From Bdellovibrionales bacterium (GTDB taxonomy: Bacteria > Bdellovibrionota > UBA1018 > CAIMNF01), in contig JBEIJY010000014.1 in assembly GCA_040380025.1 (NCBI GenBank), positions 1 through 55,955 of the forward strand: a DNA stretch of 55,955 nucleotides. Direction: 5' to 3'. The notes beneath the pieces were generated by a model, which ran no database searches, was not told where the DNA came from, and worked only from the letters and a program-made list of their open reading frames with translations. Position 1 is the first letter of the stretch. Each line of letters opens with the position of its first letter. Positions 49,031 through 55,955 of the stretch are shown here, one piece after another. The translations under genes and the position numbers were made by a program.

Positions 49031-49051
49031 TGGGGGATCGAAATCGCCCGA

Positions 49052-50197
49052 TCAGCGGCCGCCTCTTGCAACAAAGGAACTCATCAAACACACAATCAGT
49101 GCATAAGGAGCGAGCCCGATGCCAAACAGCTCGATCGACAGAATCGAGCACGCAATCGGAGCACCTGCGGCGCCCGCAAACACAGCCGAGAACCCGAGGC
49201 TCGCCAAGAGAGGCCCGGGCACAGAGAGAATCGCAGAGAGTGCACTGCCCAATGTCGTTCCAATGAACACAAGCGGAATAAACTCCCCTCCCTTGAACCC
49301 TGACCCCAAGGTGAGAGCGGTGAAGACACCTTTCAGGAGCGGATCCGTCCAAGCGGTATGATGAATCAACCCCTCCTGAATGGTCTCGAGGCCAAGTCCG
49401 TTGTAGCGATCCGTTCCGAGGAGCAAGGTAAGCGCGATCAAAATGAACCCTGCGATCATGGGCCTGAGCGGCGGATAGGAAACAAACCGAACCTGAACTT
49501 CTTTCACGAACCTGATCATTTTTTTGAAAACGCGAGCCGAAAGGCCGAAAGCGATTCCTGCGACAGCAAGGGAGGGAGCCCAAACCCACGAGAAATCGGG
49601 GATGACTGAAACCGGATAAACCGTATGATGGACTCCAAAAATACGAGTGACCTGGAACGCGACCATCGATGCAACAAAACAGGGAATGATCATGGCCCAG
49701 CGAAATCCCCGCGCCCGGAATCCCTCCCATCCGAACACGACCCCGGCCAACGGAGCGCCCGCAGCCGCGCCAAAGCCGGCACCGGCTCCGCACATCAGCA
49801 AAACCGCGCGCTCCTCGGGTTTGATTTTGAAGAATCGGCATAACTGATCCGAAAGGGATGCTGCCGCCTGAACAGCGGCACCTTCGCGACCTGCGGATCC
49901 ACCAAACCAATGGGTGAGCAAAGATGCGCTAAGGAGAAAAAACGCGGTGTGAGGCGGTGTGACTTTTTTCGGGTCCCGGACTTCGCTCAGGATCAGTCGA
50001 TGTTCGTCCGAAAACTCACTGCCATAGCGATGATACGCCCAACCGATCGCAAAACCCGCGAGCGGTAAAAGATAGATCAATCCCGGGTGCGAGATTCGAA
50101 ACCGGGTCACGAGTTCGAGCAAAAAAAGGAAGAGGGACGCTACCGCCCCCGAGAGTACGCCGCTCAGCAGTCCGAAAAAAATGAAACGCAGATTCAT
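49052..50197 (-). CDS. CLC-family anion channel/transporter (short form without CBS domains; resembles the fluoride-exporting clade)
   Basis: GGSAGREGAAVQ, GFKGGEFIP, SIELFG; multiple TMs. Confidence 0.85.
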   Translation of the reverse strand: MNLRFIFFGLLSGVLSGAVASLFLFLLELVTRFRISHPGLIYLLPLAGFAIGWAYHRYGSEFSDEHRLILSEVRDPKKVTPPHTAFFLLSASLLTHWFGGSAGREGAAVQAAASLSDQLCRFFKIKPEERAVLLMCGAGAGFGAAAGAPLAGVVFGWEGFRARGFRWAMIIPCFVASMVAFQVTRIFGVHHTVYPVSVIPDFSWVWAPSLAVAGIAFGLSARVFKKMIRFVKEVQVRFVSYPPLRPMIAGFILIALTLLLGTDRYNGLGLETIQEGLIHHTAWTDPLLKGVFTALTLGSGFKGGEFIPLVFIGTTLGSALSAILSVPGPLLASLGFSAVFAGAAGAPIACSILSIELFGIGLAPYALIVCLMSSFVARGGR

Positions 50198-50512
50198 GTG
50201 CTTTCAAAATGGAGCGATCGACAGGGCGCGGTCAAGGGTGGATCTGCGGAATGGCCCTTCCCTCAATGCGCGAGCAGGACGCTCAAGCGTGACCTCTGGT
50301 GACACTGTCGTGAAATTCCAAAAGACCGGGACTGTCTAAAAAAGTCCCCAAAACCGCTTCCAAAGATGGGGGCGATTTTTTTTAGGTATGAAGCGGGAGG
50401 TGCCTTGCCTAATTGTGTCAGGATGACATAAATTAATGCACTAAAACAACACATTACGCCGGTTGATGGGTTATACAAAGAATCGCTAACCCCGGCCCCA
50501 AGGAGATAAGGT

Positions 50513-53500
50513 TTGAACGACCAGTTAGAAGAAATTGCCAAGGGGCGACTTAAGCAGATCTTTTCTTTCCTTAGGGAGCTCACAAAGATCAAAACCCCTC
50601 CAATCAGTCGCCTACAGGCGTATGAGTGGGGACAATCTTTCTCTAAGTTACCGGCCTACCCCACGATTCAGATTGGTGCAATCCCCGAGGGTGATGAGGA
50701 ATTTGATGGTGTTGTATTGAGAGTGAGGCGACCGAAAGAAACCGCCTGCCCTGCTCCCCAGGAATCCCTTTTAAACTGGCTTGCTCCGGGCTGGGAGCAA
50801 CTGGAGAACGAAGCTACCTACATTCCCGCGAAGAACATCACCGACAAAAACGGGCAAACTTTAACAGAAAACTTCAATGATGACAGGCTCAGGGTAACTG
50901 AATTTCAGGAGTGGAACGATAGGCGAGAAAAATGGAAGACCGCGGAAATTCCTGCCAGAGCTGCCTCAGAGGTTTTTTCAAATTTCTTTGAACTTCATGG
51001 CCGTTTGCAAAGAGAGTCTGAAAAGTATCAGCTCTACCTCGGAAATGGCGTCCTTGTTTGGCAAAGCGCCGTTGGGCAAGTGGACCACCCGGTTCTTCTG
51101 AAGAAGCTGGAGCTCGAATTCAACTCCTCGGTGCCAGAGTTTCTACTCCGCGAAACAGACGATACCCCCGAACTGTACAATGCACTTCTTCGACATCACC
51201 AACTCGACGGTTTGGCCATCCGAGATATCAATCAAAGGCTAATCGAAACCGAAGTTCATCCCCTCGCGAGACAAAAAACCGGCGAATACTTTAAGTTTTT
51301 GATCCAAAGGTTCTTCAAGGATGGTCAGTACATCGAAACCAGGGAAGACAACCAGGGCAACTTCCCATCCATCTTTCAAGATCCGGTGGTTTTTCTTGGA
51401 ACACGAGCGCAAGGTCTCGCTGAAGCACTGGATCGCCTGATCGACAACCTACCCGAGATGAAATTCGCTCCAGAAGCTCTGATGCGAGTTGCCGGAATTG
51501 AAAAACAGCAGGACATCGGCTCGAACAATGCCGACAATGACGGCATCACAGCCGAAAGTGATCCGGAAATCGACTTCCTCCTCACAAAACCCGCGAACCA
51601 AGAGCAACAGAGAATCATCACACGCCTCGAAAAGTCGGGCTCCGTCTTGGTGCAAGGCCCGCCAGGGACTGGAAAATCGCATACAATTGCGAACATCATC
51701 GGCCACCTCCTTGCTAACGGAAAAACCATATTGGTAACGAGCCATACAGCCAAAGCTCTGCGGGTCGTAAGGGAAAAGGTTGTTGACCCACTACGACCAC
51801 TTTGCGTCTCAGTTCTAGACAATGACCAGGAGAGTAAGGCTCAGCTAGAGGAATCGATCAACGGGATCGTCACTTACCTTTCAAAAACGGACAGTCAGTC
51901 ACTAACGCTCGAAATCGCTGCGCGCTCTCGGAAACGAGCCGACTTGAAGGAAAAACTAAAAGCAGCGGAAACGGAAGCACTCCATATCCGCAAGAGCGAG
52001 TACACCGACATTATCGTTGCTGGCGAAGGTGTATCGCCCTCGGAGGCTGCAAGACGAGTTCATGAGCTAGAAAAAAATCATGCGTGGATTCCCGGTCCCT
52101 TAGAAGACGGAGCGCCACTCTCGCTGACTGAAGAGGAGCTGAGAGAACTATACACTACAAACGAGAGAATCTCTCCGACCGAGGAGAATTGCCTTCAAGA
52201 AGGCGTACCAGAGCTGACCTCCTTGCCCAAGCCCTCGGAAGCAGCTGCTCTATTTACCGAGATCTCGGCAATCGACGCTCAAAGCGCAAACTATAATGCA
52301 GGAAAATGGCAGCATTCCAATCAAGATCCCGTCAAACTCTCTGCTTTGAGAGATCAACTCCATAGAATCGCCGAAACTTTTTCGTCACACGATTGGATCC
52401 ACAGAGTGATAGGCGATTCAAGCTCGGAGGCCGAGCGACAGCAACCTTGGCTTTCGCTTATTGCTCAGATCCGGCAGAGCAACCAGGATATCGCAACACG
52501 CTCTGAGCTGATCTTTGCGTACGGTCCTTCCGTACCCGTCGAAGCCCCAAATGAACTCGAGGCAACCAATCAAGCTCTAGCTACTTGTCTTAAGATTTTG
52601 GACCACCTTAAATCCGGAAACAGCCTAGGATTTCTGAGTACCTTGTTTCGAGGGGATTGGAAGCTGTTCATGGAGAGGGCTTCTGTTGACGGCGGAAAAC
52701 CATCTAAACCTGAGCACTTTGAGTCTTTGGTCGCACTCCTAGAAACCAGGCGAGCTAGGCTTACCCTCAAGACCCGCTGGGAGAGGCAAGTTACGCAGCT
52801 GGGCGGACCTTCCCTACACGATAAAGAACCCGAACTCACCGCTAAACAGTTTTTGACGCCACTCGAGTTCGCAACTTCTTGGAGTAAGTCGTGGGGTGAA
52901 ATCGAAGCCACCCTTACGGCGCAGGGCCTCGAGATAGCCTCCTCTGGGGGGAAACTTCAGGCCTCTGCCACCCCCAGCACTTACTCGGGCATGATCCGTG
53001 ATCTGATCAATCAACAGATCATTCCGACCATCGATGCGCGGTTGGTCTGGTTAAATTTGAGAGAATTAACCCGTCTAAAGGATCAACTCTTAGGCGATGT
53101 GCAGCTCTACTCGGGCCTTTTGCACAACTCACGCGAATACCTCATTGATTTCGCAAAGGCATTGGAGACTCTCGACTCGCGCAAGTACGAGTCCGCTTAT
53201 TACAGATACCTAGAGATTAAGGGTAAGAAACCGGTTTTCGACCGAAGAAAATCCCTTTTGGAAAGACTCGCTCGTGTAGCGCCAAGTTGGGCAAAGTGCA
53301 TCGAGATCCGACAGGGGATTCACGCTCTTTCTACCTCACCCCAAGCTATCGACCTGGCGTGGAAAGTAGCCCAGTGGCGTCAGGAGCTTGAGAAAAGACA
53401 TTCTCAGAACTACCAAGAGGTGCAGCGCAAGATTTCAGGCCTTAAGCAGGAACTGGCACAGGTCAATGCTGAGTATGTTGAGAAACTAGCTTGGAGATAC

Positions 53501-55117
53501 CAGCAAGAACGCACAGGCCTAAAGGAACAACAAGCCTTAAAGGGCTGGCAACAGATACAAAATAAAATTACTAAGTCAGGAACCGGTAAGAAAGACGCCC
53601 AACTTAAACGCGAATCGAGGCGTTTACTCAGAGACTGTAAAGAGGCAGTTCCTGTTTGGATTATGCCCCTTTCGCGAGCATATGAGAGCTTTGAGCTCGG
53701 GCATCCCCGATTTGATGTCTTGATTCTAGATGAAGCAAGTCAAAGCGACATCACCGCCCTCGCAGCCTTCACGATTGCGAAGCAAGTCCTAGTCGTGGGT
53801 GATGATAAGCAGGTGACCCCTCTAGGCTCATTCACCAAGATCGATCCCGTTTTAGCACTGATCCAACAGATGCTTCAGGGCATCCCAAACCGGCTCCTCT
53901 ACGATGGTTCGACCTCTGTATATGATCTGGCCGCTCAGTCCTTCGGGGAAACCATTCGGCTCGTGGAGCACTTCCGATGCGTGCCAGATATTATCGAGTT
54001 CTCTAACCAGCTCTCTTACAACGGGGAGATCAAACCTCTGCGAGAGGCCACCAGTAGTCCGTTTTCCCGACATGTGGTGGCTCATCGAATTACAAGTACT
54101 AACTCAGACAAAAAGAGAAACTTTGAGGAAGCGAACGAGGTGGCCGCAATGGTGGCTGCCATGACGCAGATGCCAGAATACAGCAACTCCAGCATCGGGG
54201 TCATTGGGCTTCTTGGCACAGAACAGCCGCTTCTCATTGATAGCATCCTCCAAAGACGAATCCCGATGAGTGCCTATTCCAAGCACTCAATCCTGTGCGG
54301 GATTCCTCCGCAGTTCCAGGGTGACGAAAGAGATGTAATCCTACTTTCCATGGTGGATACGTGCCAAGCGCCACCCTTATCCATGCGCCAAGACGACAAA
54401 TTCAAGAAGCGATTCAATGTAGCCGCATCCCGGGCCCGTAATCAACTATGGGTCGTTCACTCCCTGAACCCCACAACAGACCTAAAGCCAGGTGACTTAA
54501 GATTGAGGCTGATTCACCATGCTGAAAACCCCGGAGCGTTAAAAGCTGCGATCACAGCGACACAAATGCGCGCCGATCCGCGCTCACAGGTGTTTGAGCA
54601 AGGTGTTATTGCTGATTTAATGAATGCTGGGTTTCGAATTACCCCTCAGTTCTCAGTGGGAGCTTATGTAATCGACATCGTGGTTGAGGGTGCGCGAAGG
54701 AGAATCGCTGTTGAGTGTGACGGTGATCGCTACCATCCGCCTGAGCGCCTTTCGGACGACATTCAAAGGCAGATGGTGCTGGAGCGTTTGGGGTGGCACT
54801 TCATCCGGATTCGGGGAAGCGAATATTTCCGGGGTAAAGAAAGCACGATAAAGCGGGTCGTAGCTGAACTTGAGTCACTCGGTATAGAGAAACTTGGCCC
54901 TAAGGGAGAGAGCGAACCTTCTTTCATTGAAAATGATCGTTTAAGAGAGCAGCTGTTAATAAAGGCTCAAGAGCTAAAGACTCAGTGGCTCAAAGACCCC
55001 TTGCCTACTGAAACGAATAGCCCTAAGAAAACCCGATGGACCCGATCTACTTCGGCGTTCGATGGAGCTTTAGAAACCAACGAAGGGCAAGATTCATATG
55101 ACGACGCTACGGATTGA
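50513..55117 (+). CDS. Large SF1 (DNA2/NAM7-like, AAA_11/AAA_12) helicase fused to a C-terminal Vsr/MTES_1575-like PD-(D/E)xK endonuclease
   Basis: GPPGTGKS, ILDEASQ, VGDDKQ, EHFRC, FQGDERD, RFNVAASRAR; FEQGV...YVIDIVV...IAVECDGDRYH; AGGAG RBS with TTG start. Confidence 0.88.
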   Translation: MNDQLEEIAKGRLKQIFSFLRELTKIKTPPISRLQAYEWGQSFSKLPAYPTIQIGAIPEGDEEFDGVVLRVRRPKETACPAPQESLLNWLAPGWEQLENEATYIPAKNITDKNGQTLTENFNDDRLRVTEFQEWNDRREKWKTAEIPARAASEVFSNFFELHGRLQRESEKYQLYLGNGVLVWQSAVGQVDHPVLLKKLELEFNSSVPEFLLRETDDTPELYNALLRHHQLDGLAIRDINQRLIETEVHPLARQKTGEYFKFLIQRFFKDGQYIETREDNQGNFPSIFQDPVVFLGTRAQGLAEALDRLIDNLPEMKFAPEALMRVAGIEKQQDIGSNNADNDGITAESDPEIDFLLTKPANQEQQRIITRLEKSGSVLVQGPPGTGKSHTIANIIGHLLANGKTILVTSHTAKALRVVREKVVDPLRPLCVSVLDNDQESKAQLEESINGIVTYLSKTDSQSLTLEIAARSRKRADLKEKLKAAETEALHIRKSEYTDIIVAGEGVSPSEAARRVHELEKNHAWIPGPLEDGAPLSLTEEELRELYTTNERISPTEENCLQEGVPELTSLPKPSEAAALFTEISAIDAQSANYNAGKWQHSNQDPVKLSALRDQLHRIAETFSSHDWIHRVIGDSSSEAERQQPWLSLIAQIRQSNQDIATRSELIFAYGPSVPVEAPNELEATNQALATCLKILDHLKSGNSLGFLSTLFRGDWKLFMERASVDGGKPSKPEHFESLVALLETRRARLTLKTRWERQVTQLGGPSLHDKEPELTAKQFLTPLEFATSWSKSWGEIEATLTAQGLEIASSGGKLQASATPSTYSGMIRDLINQQIIPTIDARLVWLNLRELTRLKDQLLGDVQLYSGLLHNSREYLIDFAKALETLDSRKYESAYYRYLEIKGKKPVFDRRKSLLERLARVAPSWAKCIEIRQGIHALSTSPQAIDLAWKVAQWRQELEKRHSQNYQEVQRKISGLKQELAQVNAEYVEKLAWRYQQERTGLKEQQALKGWQQIQNKITKSGTGKKDAQLKRESRRLLRDCKEAVPVWIMPLSRAYESFELGHPRFDVLILDEASQSDITALAAFTIAKQVLVVGDDKQVTPLGSFTKIDPVLALIQQMLQGIPNRLLYDGSTSVYDLAAQSFGETIRLVEHFRCVPDIIEFSNQLSYNGEIKPLREATSSPFSRHVVAHRITSTNSDKKRNFEEANEVAAMVAAMTQMPEYSNSSIGVIGLLGTEQPLLIDSILQRRIPMSAYSKHSILCGIPPQFQGDERDVILLSMVDTCQAPPLSMRQDDKFKKRFNVAASRARNQLWVVHSLNPTTDLKPGDLRLRLIHHAENPGALKAAITATQMRADPRSQVFEQGVIADLMNAGFRITPQFSVGAYVIDIVVEGARRRIAVECDGDRYHPPERLSDDIQRQMVLERLGWHFIRIRGSEYFRGKESTIKRVVAELESLGIEKLGPKGESEPSFIENDRLREQLLIKAQELKTQWLKDPLPTETNSPKKTRWTRSTSAFDGALETNEGQDSYDDATD

Positions 55118-55200
55118 TGCCTACGGTGCAATCCCCTTCGAAGAGCTAATCTTTTTTGGGATGCGCTATACGTGGCTTCTCAAAACAGAGGAGAACCCAC

Positions 55201-55914
55201 ATGCCTAAAAAAAAATCTAGCGAACCCCCCGTCTCAGAAAAGTACCTAGATGCCCTCAGGCAAATCAACGATTGGACCACTGTTTCCGCTTGGGCCATCA
55301 GAGTCGGTGAAATCTATCCAGACCTCCTCGAAAAGGCAGACAAAGAGGCTAAAGCATATAAACGCCCCTCAACCGGCCTCCGTGAAATTGCCGCCCGCAT
55401 CAGCTCTTGGGTCTCGTCGGATGGCTTCGCGGGAAAAATCGAGGTCGATGAGTCAGAACGCCCAAAACGCGTTCGAATTCTTTCAGAAGAGGCGGCCTCT
55501 CATTACCAAGAGAACTCCCTCGAGGCTGATTTAGAACCGCTAACCCGGGTTCAAAAAATCAAGACACAGGAAGCACAGCTCGGGACCAAAGAAAAATACC
55601 GTCTAGCGGAGTTTGAGGCCATCATCGGACAGCTTAAGAGCTTCTTTAATCTCGACTTCGAGTTCGAACACGCAAAGGCGATCCTGAACCCCAAAGATCC
55701 AGGCAACCACCATCCGGATAATATCCAGATCCTCCTCAAGTCACACAATCGCCTTAAGGGAAACTCTAACTGGGAGCGCTTCACCCTAAAGGAGCAGATC
55801 GAGTACATCGAAGCGGTAGTGAAGGTTCAAAAGCTAGTATCAAAAAAGATGGATATCGACCTACAAGATGAGGTGATCGGCTCGATCATGGAGCGCTTGA
55901 AGCTGGTATATTAG
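55201..55914 (+). CDS. HNH endonuclease-domain protein with an uncharacterised N-terminal domain
   Basis: FEFEHAKAIL...GNHHPDNIQILLKSHNRLKGN fits H-N-N of the HNH family; GAGGAG RBS before ATG 55201. Confidence 0.75.
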   Translation: MPKKKSSEPPVSEKYLDALRQINDWTTVSAWAIRVGEIYPDLLEKADKEAKAYKRPSTGLREIAARISSWVSSDGFAGKIEVDESERPKRVRILSEEAASHYQENSLEADLEPLTRVQKIKTQEAQLGTKEKYRLAEFEAIIGQLKSFFNLDFEFEHAKAILNPKDPGNHHPDNIQILLKSHNRLKGNSNWERFTLKEQIEYIEAVVKVQKLVSKKMDIDLQDEVIGSIMERLKLVY

Positions 55915-55955
55915 CGGTAGCAGAGCGCGCGCCAACATTTAAAGTCAGCCCCCCT

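Larger units (their letters stand above)
50330..55955. mobile_element. Lower-GC, probably horizontally acquired island (right end lies outside the window)
   Basis: Abrupt visible change in composition and codon use (frequent CTA/TTA/AGA) after about 50300; defence-type cargo; no integrase in the window. Confidence 0.6.

Noticed and set aside
1..55955. tRNA, rRNA, CRISPR array, integrase or transposase
   Set aside because: No cloverleaf, repeat-spacer periodicity or recombinase motifs were recognised by eye; dedicated scanners were not run.

Overview
A GC-rich (roughly 60% by eye) bacterial chromosomal segment. Gene content and style suggest a Bdellovibrionota/Oligoflexia-like Gram-negative organism, but this is inference. 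It holds about 43 CDS. Housekeeping and envelope genes: M36 protease, RluA-family pseudouridine synthase, two-subunit class I fumarase, TolC-MacAB, DUF885, TrmO, HtrA, M3 peptidase, LemA-TPM-TPM, DUF481 and a CLC transporter. Low-oxygen/stress block: ppsA-usp-ftsH, a heme c protein, a histidine kinase with a sigma54 enhancer-binding regulator, and an FNR-like regulator divergent from CBS-ccoI-ccoS-ccoNO-ccoQ-ccoP-ccoG-DsbD_2. ccoI carries a +1 frameshift in a homopolymer. Main highlights: (1) a tight FGGY kinase / sphingosine-1-phosphate lyase / neutral ceramidase operon that reads as a complete ceramide catabolic pathway with a candidate non-canonical sphingoid kinase, plus a separate alkaline (CREST) ceramidase; (2) several sigma54 -24/-12 promoters, one driving an unannotated ~170-nt three-hairpin RNA; (3) repeated leaderless promoter architecture; (4) a lower-GC island at the right end encoding an SF1 helicase-REase fusion and an HNH protein, a probable anti-phage defence module. 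No tRNA, rRNA, CRISPR array, integrase or transposase was recognised. All calls are by eye from motifs; no database searches were run.
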